A stretch of DNA of 64,000 nucleotides, taken from NCBI RefSeq assembly GCF_009914755.1, contig NC_060935.1, one strand, 5' to 3'. The notes under the pieces are model-generated. The model was not told the origin of the DNA. It saw nothing but the letters and a program-made list of their open reading frames with translations, and made no database searches. A program made the position numbers and the translations under genes. Below are positions 37,285-51,200 of this stretch, piece after piece. This DNA is from the human T2T-CHM13v2.0 reference genome, Homo sapiens. Position 1 is the first letter of the stretch, and each line of letters begins with the position of its first letter.

Positions 37285-40200
37285 ATGTTTCATTTTTCAC
37301 CACAGGCCTCAATGAACTCCCAAATATCACTTCGCAGATTCCACAAAAAAAATGTTTCCAAAATGTTGAATGACAAGAAAAGTTTAACTCTGTGAGATGA
37401 ATGCACACATCAATAAGGCATTTCTCAGATAGATTCCTTCCAATTTTTATCCTGGGATATTTGATTTTTTGCCTTTGGCCTCAATGAGCTCACAAATGTC
37501 CACTTGCAGAATGGTCAAAAACTGTTTCCAAACTGCTGAATCAAAAGATAGGTTTAACTCTCAGAGATTAATGCACATATCAAAAGGTGGTTTCTCAGAA
37601 AGATTCTTTCTAGTTTTTATCTGAAAATACTTCCTTTTCCACCATATACCTCAATGCACTCCCAAATACCCCTTTGCAGATTCCACAAAAACTGTTTCCA
37701 AACTGCTGAATGAAAAGAACGGTTTAAAGCTGCAAGATGAATGAACAATCACAGAGCAGTTTCTCAGATAGTTTCAATATATTTTTTATCCATGGATGTA
37801 GGCTTTTTTGCCATTGGCACAAAAGAGTTCAAAAATGTCCATACGCAGAAAGGACAAAAAGAGTGTTTCCAAACTGCTGAATCAAAAGAAAGTTTCAACT
37901 CTGTGAGATGAATTCACACATCTCAAAGTGGTTTCTCAGAAAGCTTCTTTCCGGTTTTTGTCTTAAGATGTTTCCTTTTTCACCATATGCCTCACTGCGC
38001 TCTCACATATCGCTTCACACTTTCTACAAAAACAGTGTTCCCAGACTGCTTAATGAAAAGAAAGTTTTAACTCTGCGAGGTGAATGCATACATCACAAAG
38101 CAGTTTCTCAGACAGCTTCCTTCTAGCTTTTCTTCTGGGATATATGCTTTTTATCCATTGGCCCAAAACAGCTCAAAAATGTCCATTCACAGAATGGATA
38201 AAAGCAGTGTTTCTAAACTGGTGAATTAAAAGAAAGGATTAACTCTTCAACAAGAATGCAAACATCAGAGAGCAATTTCTTAGATAGCTTCCTTCTAACT
38301 TTTTATCCTGGAATATTCGCTTTTTCACCTTGGCCTCAATGAGCTCCCGAATATCCATTTGGAAAATGGACAAAATCAGTGTTTCCAAACTGTTGAATCC
38401 AAAGAATGTTTTAATCCTTTGAGATGAATGCACACATCAAAAGAGGTTTCTCAGAGAGCTTCTTTCTGAAGACGTATCTTTTTTCACCAATGGCCTCAGT
38501 GTGCTCAAAATATCCCTTCACAGATTCTGCAAAAACAGTGTTTCCAAACCGCTGAATAAAAAGAAATGTTTAACTCTGTGAGACAAATGCAAACATCAAA
38601 AAGTAGTTTCTCAGATTGCTTCCTTCTGGTTTTTATCATGGGATTTTCTCTTTTTCACCTTTGGACTCAAAGATGTCCAAAGTGTCCATTCACAGAATGG
38701 ACAAAAACAGTGTTTCCAAATTGCTGAATAAAAAGAATGGTAAAATTCTGTGAGATGGATCCATGCATCACAAAGTAGTTTCTCAGAAAGCTTCTTTCTA
38801 GTTTTTAACTGAAGATGATTCCTTTTTCACCAACGGACTCAATGCACTCCCAAATATCCCTTCGCAGATTCTACAAAAACAGTGTTTCCAAACTGCTGAA
38901 TGAAAAAAAGGTTTCACTTGGAGAGATGAATGCACTCATCACAAAGCAGTTTCTCATGTAGCATCCTTCTCGTTTTTATCATGGGATATTCACTTTTTCA
39001 CCTTTGGCCTCAATGAGCTGCAAATGTCCATTTGTAGAATCGATATAAACAGTCTTTTCAAAATGCCGAATCAAAACAAAGGTTTAACTCTGTGAGATGA
39101 ATGCACACATCACAAAGCAGTTTCTTAGAAAGATTATTTCTAGTTTTTATCTGAAGTTGTTTCCTTTTTCACCACAGGCCTCAATGAACTCCCAAATATC
39201 CCTTCACATGTTCCACAATGACAATGTTTCCAAACTTCTGAATGAAAAGAATGCTTTAATTCTGACAGGTAAATGCACGGATCACAAATTGGTTTCTCAG
39301 GTAGCTTCCTTCTAGTTTTTATACTGGTGTATTTGCATTTTTGCCATGGGTCTCAATGAGCTCCCAAATGTGCATTCACAGAATGGACAAAAACAGTGTT
39401 TCCAAAAAGCTGAATCAAAAGAAAGTTTTAACTCTGTGAGATGAAAGCAAAAATATCAAAGCAGTTTCTCAGAAAACTTCTTTCTAGTTTCTAAGTGAAG
39501 ATATTTCCTTTTTCACCATAGTCATCAATGTGCTCCCAAATATCCATTTTGAGACTCTGCTAAAACAGTGTTTCAAAAAGATGAATCAAAAGAAAGGTTT
39601 AACTCTGTGAGATGAATGCACACATCACAAAGCTGTTCCTCAGAATGTTGCTTACTAGTTTTTATCTGAAGATATTTCCATTTGCACCATAGGCCACAAT
39701 GTACTCACAAATATCCCTTCAAAGATTCTATTAAAAAAGTGCTTCCAAACTGCTCAATCAAAGGAAACTTTTAACTCTGTGGGATGAAAGCAAACATCAC
39801 AGAGCAGGTTCTCAGAAATCTTCTTTCTAGTTTTTCCCTGAAGATATTTCCTTTTTCACCCTAGGCTCAATGTGCTCCCAAATATCCCTCTGCAGATTCT
39901 ACAGAAACAGTGTTTCCAATATGCTGAATGAAAAGAGAGGTTTAAATCTGAGAAATGACTGCCGACATCAAAAAGCAGTTTCTGAGATTGCTTCCTTCTA
40001 GTTTTTATCCTGGGATATTAGCTTTTTCAGCATTGGCCTCAAAGAGCTCCCTAATATCCATTTGCAGAATGGACAAAAACAGTGTTTCCAAACCGCTGAA
40101 TAAAAAGAAAGGTTTAACTCAGTGAGACAAATGCAAAAATCACAAAGTGGTTTCTCAGACAGCTGCCTTCAATTTTTTATCCTTGGATATATGCTTTTTT

Positions 40201-43200
40201 GCCATTGGCATCAAAGATCTCACAAATGTCCATTTGCAGAATGGACAAAAACAGTGTTTACTAACTGCTGAATCAAGAGTGAGGTTTTACAATCTGAGAT
40301 CAATGCACATATCTCAAAGCAGTTTCCTAGAAAGCTTCTTTCCAGTTTTTGTCTTAAGATGTTTCCTTTTTCACCATAGGCCTTAATGAGCTCCCAAATA
40401 TCCCTTAGCAGATGTGACAAAAACAGTGTTTCCAAACTGCCAAAGGAAAAGAAAGGTTTCACCCTGTCAGATGAATGCACATATCACAAAGCTGTTTCTC
40501 AGATACCTTCCTTCTAATTTTTATCCTGAGATATTCATTTTTTAGCTATTGGCCTCAATAAGCTCTCAAATGTCCATTTGAAGAATAGACAAATACAGAG
40601 TTTCCATACTGCTGAATCAGAAGAATGGTTTAAATCAGTGAGATGAATGCACACTTCACATATCAGTTTCTCAGAAAAATTCTTTCTGTTTTTTATGTGA
40701 AGATATTTCCTTTTTCACCATAGGCCTCAATGCACTCCAAAATATCCCTTCACAGATTCTACAAAAGCCAGATTTCCAAACTGCTGAATGAAAAGAAACT
40801 TTTAACTCTGTGAGGTGAATGCACACATCTCAAAGCAGTTTCTCTGGTAGCTTCCTTCTAGTTTTTATCCTGGGATGTTCGCTTTTTCACCATTGGCTTC
40901 AATGAGCTCCCAAATGTCCATTCACAGAATGGACAAAAACAGTGTTTCCAAATTGGTGAATCAAAAGAAAGGTTTAACTCTGTGAGACGAATGCACATTT
41001 CAAAAAGCAGCTTCTCAGAAGGCTTCTTTCTAGTTTTTACCTGAAGATAATTCTTTTTTCACAAATGGCCTCAATGTGCTCCCAATATCCTTTCACAGAT
41101 TCTACAAAAACTGTTTTCAAACTGCTGAATAAAAAGAAAGTTTTTACTCTCTGAGATGAATGCATACATGTCAAAGCAGTTTCCTGAAAAGCTTCTTTCC
41201 AGTTTTTGTCTTAAGGTGTTTCCTTTTTCAGCAGAGGCCTCAATGGGCTCCCAAATATCCTTTAGTAGACACTACAAAAACAGTGTTTCCAAATGGTTAA
41301 ATGAAAAGAAAGGTTTAAGACTGCGAGATGAAGGCACACATCACAAAGCTGTTTCTCAGATTGCTTCCTTCAAATATTTATCCTGGGATATTCACTTTTC
41401 GCTATTGCCCTCAATGAGCTCCTAAATGTCCATGTGAAGAATAAACAAAAACAGTGTTTCCAAACAGCTGAATCAAAAGAAAGTTTTAAATCTGTGAGAT
41501 GAATGCGCATGTCACAAGGCAGTTTCTAAGAAAGCTTCCTTCTAGTTTTTATCTGAAGATATTTCCTTTTTCACCATAGGCCTCAATGGGCTCCCAAATA
41601 TCCCTTGACAAATTCCACAAAAACAGTGTTTCCAAACTACTGAATGAAAAGAAAGGTTTAAATCTGCTAGATGAATATGCACATTACAAAACGTTTTCTC
41701 AGGTAGCTGCCTTCTGGTTTTTATCCTGGGATATTTCCTTTTATGCCACTGGTCCCAATGAACTCCCAAATGTCCATTTGCAGAATGGACAAAAACAGTG
41801 TTTCCAAACTGCTGAATCTAAAGAAAGTTTTAATTCTGTGAGATGAATGCACACATCACAAAGCGGTTTGTCAGATAGCTTCCTTGTAGTTTTTACTTGA
41901 AGATAATTCCTTTTTTACCATATGCCTCAATGTGCTCCAAAATATCCCTTTTCAGATTCTACAAAACAGTGTCCCCAAATTGCTGCATGAAAAGAAATGT
42001 TTAACTCTATGAGATGAATGAAATCATCAGAAACCAGTTTCTCAAAAGTTTCTTTCTACGTTTATCTGAAGATGTTTCATTTTTGAACACAGGCCTCTAT
42101 GCTGTGCCAAGTTTTCCTTTGCAGATTCTAGAAACACAGTGTTTCTAAACGGATGAATGAAAAGAAAAGTTTAAGTCTGTGAGATGAATGCACTCATTGC
42201 AAAGCGGTTCATCAGATAGCTTTCTTCTGGTTTTTATCCTGGGATATTTGCTTTTTCACCATTGCCCACAAAGAGCTATCAAATATCCCTTCGCAGATAC
42301 TTCAAAAACAGTGTTTCCAAACTGCTGAATGGAAAGAAAGGTTTGACTGTATGAGATGAATGCACACATCACAAAGCAGTTTCTCTGAAATCTTCTTTCC
42401 AGTTTTTATCTGAAAATATTTCCTTTTTCACCATAATCCTCAATTCAGTCACAAATATCCCTTCGCAGATCCTAAAAAAAACAGCGTTTCCAAACTATTA
42501 TATGAAAAGAAAGATTTAGCTCTAACTCTGTGACATGAATGCACACACCACAAAGCAGTTTCTCATGTAGAGTGCTTCTAGTTTTTATCCTGGGTTATGC
42601 ACCTTTTTGCCAATGGACTCTAAGAGGTCCCAAATATCCATTTGCAGAATGGAAAAAAACAGTGTTTTGAAACTGCTGAATAAAAGAAAGGTTCAACTCT
42701 GTGAGATGAATGTACATATCTCAAACCAGTTTCTTAGAAATATTCCTCCCAGTTTTTATCTTAGGATGTTTCCTTTTTCCCCATAGACCTCAATGAGCAC
42801 CAAAATTTCCATTCACAGATTCTACAAAAACAGTATTTCCAAAGTGCTGAAAGAAAAGAAAGATTTAAGTCTATGAGATGAATGCACACATCACAAATTA
42901 GTTTCTCAGAAACATTCTTATTTTTATCTGAATATATTTCTCCTTCACCATTGGCCTCAATGTGCTTGGAAATAACCCTTCTCGGATTCTACAAAACAGT
43001 GTTTCCAAAATGATGAGTTAAAAGTGTTTCCAAAATGCTGAATGAAAAGAAAAGTTCAACTCTGCAGTACAATCACTCTGCAGTACAATCAATCTGCAGT
43101 ACAATCAACTCTGCAGTACAATCACAAATCGGTTTCTCAGATGGCTTCCTTCTAGTTTCTTTAATGGGATATTTGATTTTTGTCCATTAGCAGAATGGAC

Positions 43201-45201
43201 AATAACAGTGTTTCCAAACTGCTGAATCAAAAGAAAGTTTTAACTTTGTTAAATGAATACTCATCTTACAAAGAAGTTTGTCAGAAAGCTTCTTTCTAGT
43301 TTTTATCTGGAGGTATTTCCTTTTTCACCAAAGCCCTCAATGTGCTCCACAATATCAATTGGCAGATTGTACAAAAGCTGTGTTCTGAATCTGCTGAATG
43401 AAAAGAAAGGTTTAACTCTGTGAAATCAATGCAGACATCACACAGTGGTTTCTCGGATACATTCCTTCTAGTTTTTATCCTGGGATACTCCTTTTTCTCC
43501 ATTGGCCTCAATGAACTCCCAAATGTCCATTTGCAGAATGAACAAAAACAATTTTTCCAAACTGTGAACCAAAAGAAAGTTTTAACACTGTGAGATGAAT
43601 GCATATATCACAAGCAGTTTCTCAGTAAGCTTCTTTCTCGTTTTTATCTGAAGATAATTTTCTTTTTCAATATAGGCCTCAATTTGCTCCTAAATACACC
43701 TTCACAGATTCTACAAAAACAGTGTTTCCACTTTGCTGTATCAAAAGAAAGTTTTAACTCTCTTAGATGAATGCTCACATCACAAAGCAGTTTCTCAGAA
43801 AGCTTCTTTCTAGTTTTTATCTGAACATATTTTGTTTTTCACCCTAGTCCTCAATTTGCTCACAAATATCCATTGACTGAATGGACAAAAACAGTAATTC
43901 CAAACTACTGAATCCAAAGAAATGTTTCACTATGTGAGACGAATGCACACATCTCTAAGCAGTTTATTAGAAAGCTTCTTTCTAGTTTTTATCTGTAGAT
44001 GTTTCCTTTTTCACCATAGGACTCAAGGAACTCCCAACGATCCCTTCACAGATTCTAAAAAGAGAGGCTTCCCAGTATGCTGAATGAAAAGTGACTTTTA
44101 ACTCTAAGATGAATGCACACATCAGAAAGAAGTTTGTCAGATAGCTTTCTTCTAGTTTTCGTCCTGGGATATTCTCATATTCACCATTGGTCTCAATGAG
44201 CTCCCACATGTTCAATTGCAGAAGGGAAAAAAACAGTGCTTCCATACTGCTGAACCTAAAGGAATCTTTAACTCAGTGAGATGAATGCCCACACCCAAAT
44301 GCAGTTTCCAGGAATGAGTCTTTCTAGTTTTAATCTGACGATATTTTCTTCTTCATGATAGGCCTGAATGCACTCCAAATATCCTTTTGCAGATTCTTCA
44401 AAAACAGTGATTGCAAACTGCTGAATGAAAAGAAAGGCTTAACTCCGCTAAATGAATGCACACATCACAAAGCCGTTTCTGAGATAGCTTCATTCTAGTT
44501 TTTATCCTGAGATATTTGCTTTTTCACCATTTGTGTCAATGAACGCCCAGATGTCCATTAGCAGAATGGAAAAAAACAGTGTTTCCAAACTACTGAATCA
44601 AAAGAAATGTTTAACTCTGTGAGATGAATGCAAAAATCACAAAGCAGTTTCTGAGAAATCTTTCCACGTTTTACTGGAAAATATTTTCTTTTTCACCATA
44701 GTCCACAAGGCACTCCCAAACATGCCTTTGAAGATCCTACAAAAACAGTGTTTCCAAACTGATGAATCAAAAGAAAGTTTAATTCTGTGAGTTGAAAACA
44801 CACATCACAAAGCAGCTTCTCACAATGCTTCTTTGTAGTTTTTCTCTGAAGATATTTTCTTTTTCACCATAGGCCTCAATGCACTCCCAAATATCCCTTC
44901 ACAGATACTACAAAAACAGTGTTTCCAAACTGCTGAATGAAAAGAAAGGTTTAACTTGGTGAGATGAATGCACACATGACAAGCAGTTTCTCAGATGTCT
45001 TCCTTACAGTTTTTATCCTGGAATATTTGCTTTTTCACCCTTGGTTTTAATGATCTCCCAACTGTCCATTCACAGAATGGACAAAAACAGAGTTTCAAAA
45101 CTGCTGAACGAAAAGAAATGTTTAACTCTGTGAGATGAATGCACACATCACAAAGTGGTTTCACAGATAGCTTCTTTCTAGGTTTATCCTGGGATATTTG
45201 C
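37285..45201 (-). repeat. Diverged alpha satellite, block 4
   Basis: ~171-bp monomers; register is continuous with block 3 across the provirus TSD. Confidence 0.96.
43059..43123. repeat. 16-bp tandem repeat x4 (ACTCTGCAGTACAATC) inside an alpha monomer
   Basis: Copies at 43059, 43075, 43091 and 43108. Confidence 0.95.
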
Positions 45202-48200
45202 AGTTTCTGAGGAACTGCTTTGTGATGTGTGCATTCATCTCACATAATTAAAACTTTCTTTTGATTCAACAGTTTGCAAACACTGTTTTTGACCATTCAG
45301 CAAATGGAAACTTGGGAGGTCTTTGAGGCCAAGGCAAAAAAGCAAATACCCCATTATGAACACTACAATGAAGCTACATGAGAAACCATTTTGTGATGTG
45401 TGCATTAATCTCACACGTTGAAACCTTTAATTTCATTCAACAGTATAAAAACACTGTTTTTTTTTCCATTCTGCCTGTAGACATATAGGAGCTCATTGAG
45501 GCCAATGGTGAAAAGGTGAATATCACAGGATAAAAGCTAAAAGGAATCTCTGAGAAACTGTTTTGTAATGTGTGCATTCATCTCACAGAGTTAAATGTTT
45601 CTTTCCATCCAGCAGTTTGGAAACACTGTTTTTTTAGAATCTGCAAAGGCGTGTTTGAGACTGCTTTGAGGCCTATCCTGAATAAGAAAATACATTCAGA
45701 TGAAAACTAGAATGAAAGTTTTTAAGTATCTGCAATATAATGTGTCCATTCAGCTCCCAGAGTGAAACCTTTCTTTTGATTCAGCAGTTTGTAAGCACTC
45801 TTTTTGTCCATTCAGTGAATGAACATTTGGGAGCTTATTGAGGCCAATGGTGAAAAATCAGATATTCCAGGATAAAAACTATAAGAAAGCCATCTAAGAA
45901 ACTACTTTGTGATGTGTGCATTCATCTGCATAGTTTACCTTTCTCTTCATTCAGCAGTTTGGAAACACTGTTTTCATAGAATCTGTAAAGTGATATTTAG
46001 GAATGCACTGAAGCTTATGGTGAAGAAGGAAACATATTCAGGTAAAAACTAGAAAGAAGCTATCTGAGAAATTGCTTTGTGTTGTGTGCATTCATCTCAC
46101 AGAATTAAACAGTTCTTTGGATTCAGAGTTTAGAAACTTTGTTTTTGTCCATTCTGCTAATGAACATTTGATAACTCACTGAGGCCAATGGCAAAAAGGT
46201 GAATATCCCAGGATAAAAACCAGAAGGAAGCTGCATGAGAAACTGATTTGTGATATGTGCATTCATCTCGAAGAGTTAAACCTTTATTTTTGTTCAGCAG
46301 TTTGCAAACATTGGTTTTGTAGAATCTGCAAAGGGATATTTGGGAGCCCACTGAGGTACATGGTGAAAAAGAAAACATCTTCAGATAGAATCTAAAAAGA
46401 ATCTTTCTGAGAAACTGCTTTGTGATGGGTGCATTTGTCTCATGGAGTAAAACATTTCTTTTGATTGAGCAGTGTTAAAACACCAATTTTATCCATTCTG
46501 TGAATAGATATTTGGGAGCACATTGAGACCAATGGCAAAAAAGCAAATGTCCCAGGATAAAAACTAGAGGGAAGCTATCTGAGGAACCACGTTGTGATAT
46601 GTGCTTTCATCTCTCAGACTTAAGCCTTTCTTTGAATTCAGCAGTTTGAAAATGCTGTTTTTGTCTATTCTGCTAATGGACACTAGGGAGCTCAGTTTGG
46701 AAACACTGTTTTTTTTTTTCCATTCTGCAAATGGACATTTGGGATCTCATTGAGGCCAATGAAAAAAGGTGAATGTCCCACAATAAAAACTAGAAGGTAG
46801 CCATCTGAGAGACCACTTTGTGATAGGTGGTTTCATCTCACAGAGTTAAACTTTTCTTTCCATTCAGCAGTTTGAAAACATTGCTTTTGTAGAATCTGCG
46901 AAGGGATATTTGAGAGTGCATTGAGGCCTATAGTGAAAAAGGAAACATTTTCATATAAAAACTAGAAATAAGTTTTCTGAGAAACTGCTTTGTGACGTGT
47001 GCATTGATTTCACAGAGTTAAACCTTTCTTTGGATTCAGCAGGTTGGAAACACTGTTGTGGTCCATTCTGAAAATCAACATTTGGGAGCTCATTCACACC
47101 AATGGCAAAAAAGCAAATATCACATTTTAAAAACTAGAAGGAAGTTCCCTGAGAAAACATTTTGTGATGTGTGCATTGATCTCTCAGAGTTAAACCTTTC
47201 TTTTCATTCAGCAGTTTGTAAACACTATTTTTGTGGCATCTGCAAAGGGATATTTGGGAGCACATTGAGGCCTATGGTGGAAAAAGAATCATCTTCAGAA
47301 GAAACTAGAAAGAATCTTTCTGAGAAACTGCTTTGTGATGTGCGCATTGATCTCATAGAATTAAAACTTTCTTTTTATTCAGGACTTTGGAAACACTGTT
47401 TTTCTAGAATCTGTGAAGGGATATTTGGGAGCTCATTGAGGCCTATAGTGAAAAATGAAACTTCTTCAGATAAAAACTAGAAAGAAGCTTTCTGACAAAC
47501 ATCTTTGTGATGTGTGCATTCATCTCACAGAGTCAAACCTTTCTTTGTATTTAGCAGTTTGGAAACACTGGTTTTGTCCATTGTGTGAATGGATATTTAG
47601 GAGATCTTTGAGGATGAATACAAAAAAGTGCATATCCCAGGATAAAAACTAGGAGGAAGCTATGCGAGAAAACACTTTGTGTTGTGTGCATTCATCTCAC
47701 AGACTTAAACCTTTCTATTCAGTAGTTTGGAAAAACTGTTTTGAAATCTTCTGAGAAGGGACATTTGGGAACACATTGAAATCTATGTTGAAAAAGGAAA
47801 CGTCTTCAGATGAGAACTACAAACAAGGTTTCTGAGAAACCTCTTTGTGATGTGTGCATTCATCTCACAGATTTAAAACTTTCTTTGTATTCAGCAGTAT
47901 GGAAACACTGGTTTTGTCCATTCTGCGAATGGATATTTGGGAGCTGATTGAAGCCAATGGCGAAAAAGTGAAAATCTCAGACTAAAACTTAGAAGGAAGC
48001 TGTCTAACAAACAGCTTTGTGATGTGTGCATTCGTCTTGCAGAATTAAACCTGTCTTTTCATTCAGTACTTTGGAAACACTGTTTTGGTAGAATCTCCGA
48101 AGGGATATTTGGAAGCACATTGAGGCCTATGTTGAAAAAGGAAATATCTTCACATAAAAATTAGAAAGAAGCTTTCTGAGAAACTGCTTTAGGATGTGTG

Positions 48201-51200
48201 CATTTATCTCATAGAGTTAAAACTTTCATTGAATACTACATTTTGAAAACACTGTTTTTATTCATTCTGCAGATAGACATTTAGAAGCTCATTGATGACA
48301 ATGGTGAAAAAGTGAATGTCCCAGGATAACAACTAGAAAAAAGCTATCTGAGAAACTGCTTTGTCATGTGTGCATTCATCCCACAGACTTAAACTTTTCT
48401 TTTCATTCGACAGTTTGAAAACACTGTTTTGGTATAATCTGTGAGGGGTTATTTGGGAGCACATGGAGGCCTAATGTGAAAAACGAAATACCTTCAGATA
48501 AAAACTAGAAAGAAGCTTTCTGAGAAAGTGCTTTTGTGATGTGTGGCTTCATCTCAGAGAGTTAAACTTTTCTTTCCATTCAGTAGAGTAGAAACACAGT
48601 TTTTGTAGAATCTGCAAAGCGATATTTGATAGCTCATTGTGGCTATAGGCAAAAAAAAGAATATCCTGAGTAAAAATTAGGGGGAAGCTATATGAGAAAC
48701 GGGTTTGTGATGTGTGCATTCATCTGGCAAAGTTGAACTTTACTTTTCATTCAGCAGTTCGGAAACACTGTTTTTATAGAATCTGCAAAGGGATATTGGG
48801 GTGCACATTGAGGCCTATTGAGAAATAGGAAATACCATTAGAGAAAAACTAGCAAGAAGCTTTCTGAGAAATGGCTTTGTGATGTATGCATTCATCTCAA
48901 AGAATTAAAACTTCCTTTGGGAGTCAACAGTTTGGGAACACTGCTTTTGTAGAATCTGTGAAGGGATATTTGGGATCTCATTGAGGCCGAAGGCAAAAAG
49001 CAAATATCCCAGGATAAAAACTAGAAGAAAACCATCTTAGAAACTGCTTTGTTATGTGTGCATTTATCTCCCAGAATTAAACCTTTCTTTTTATTCATCA
49101 GTTTGGAAACACCTTTTTAGTAGAATCTACAAAGGGATATTTCAGATCACACTGAGTCTTATGGTGGAAAAAAAATATCTTCAGATAAAAACTAGAAAGA
49201 AGCTTCCTGAGAAACTGATTTGTGATGTTTGCATTTATCTCTCAGAGTCAAAAATTTCTGTGGATTCAGCAGTTTGGAAACCCAGCTTTTGTCCATTCTA
49301 TGAATGGATATTTTGGAGCTCATTTAGATCAATCGTGAAAAAGTGAATATCTCAGGATAAAAACTAGAAGGAAGCTATCTGAGAAACAGCTTTGTGACGT
49401 GTACATTCATCTCACAGATTTAAACTTTTCTTTTAATTCAACAGTTTGGAAACACTGTTTTGGTAGAATATGCGAAGAAATATTTGGGAGTACATTGAGG
49501 CCTCTGGTGAAAAAGTAAATATCTTCAGATAAAAAATACAAAGAATCTTTCAGAGAAATGGCTTTGTGATGTGTGCATTCATCTCACAGAGTTAAACCTT
49601 TCTCTGGATTCAGCTGTTTGGGAACACTGTTATTGTCAATTTTGTGAATAGATATTTGTGAGATCATTGAGACCAATTGCAAATAAAGCCAATATTCCTG
49701 GATGAAAACTACAAGGAAGCTATATGAGAAACTCTGCTTTAATGTGTACAGTCATCTCACAGAGTTAAACGTTTCTTTCATTCAGCAGTTAGAGCACAAT
49801 TTTGGTATAATCTGCATAGGGATGTTTTGGAGTGCATTGGGGCATATGTCAAAAAGGAAATATCTTCAGATAAAAACTAGAAATAAGTTTTCTGAGAAAT
49901 TGCTTTGAGATGTGTGCATTCATCTCAGAAATTTAAAACTTTCTGTGGATTCAGTAGTTTGGAAACTGTTTTTCTCCATTGTGTGAATGGACATTTGGCA
50001 GTTCATTGTGGCCAATGGCAAAAAAGGGAATATACAAGGATTAAAACTTCAAGGAAGTATCTGAGAAAATGCTTCATTATGTGTGCATTCATCACCCAGA
50101 GATAAACCTTTCTTTTCATTCAGCAGTTTGGAACACTGATTTTGAAAAAACTGCAAGAGATATTTTGGAGTACATTGAGGCATATAATGAAAAAGGAAAT
50201 ATCTTCAGTAGAAACTAGAAAGAAGCTTTCTGAGTAACAGTTTTGTGATATGTGCATTCATCTCACAGAGTAAAACTTTTCTTTGGAGTCCACATTTTGG
50301 AAACACTGTTTTTGTCCATTCTGTAAATGAACATTTGGGAGAACATTGAGGCCAATGATGAAAAAGTGATTATTTCTGTATAAAAACTAGAAGGAAGCTA
50401 TGTGAGAAACCTCTTTTTGATGTTTGCATTTATGTGCCCGAGTTAAACCTTTCTTTTCATTCAGCAGTCTGGAAACACTCTTTTGGTAGAATCTGCTAAG
50501 GGATATTTGGGAATTCATTGAGGCCAAAGGGAAAAAAGTGAGTATCCCAGGATAAAAACAAGAAAGAAGCTATATGAGAAACTGCTTTGTGAGGTGTGCA
50601 TTCATTTTGCAGAGTTAAACTTCTCTTTTCATTCAACAGGTTGGAAAGACGATTTAGGTAGAATCCATGAAAACATATTTTGGAGAGCATTAAGGCCTGT
50701 TGTGAAAAAGGAAATATCTTCAGATAAAAAAAGAAAGCAACTTTCTCAGAAACTGCTTTGTGATGTGTCCATTCAACTCACAGTATTGAAATTTTTTTGG
50801 ATTCAGCAGTTTGGAAACAGTGTTTTTACAGAATCTGTGAAGGGATATTTGGGAGCTCATTGAGGCCAAACCAAAAAAGTGAATATCCCAGTATAAAAAC
50901 CAGAAGGAAGCTATCACAGAAACTGTTTTGTGTTATGTGCATTCTTCTAACAGACTTAAACTTGTCTTTTCATTCAGCAGTTTGGAAACACTGTTTTTTA
51001 GACTCAGTGAAGTGATATTTGGGAGCACTTTGAGGCCAATGGCGAAAAACAAGAAAGAAGCTTTCTGAGAAACTGCTTTGTGATGTGTGCATTCATCTCA
51101 CAGAGTTCAAACCTTCTTTGTATTCAGTAGCTTGGAAACACTGTTTTTGTGGAATCTGTAAAGGGATATTTGGGAACTCATTAAAGCCAAAGGAAAAAAA

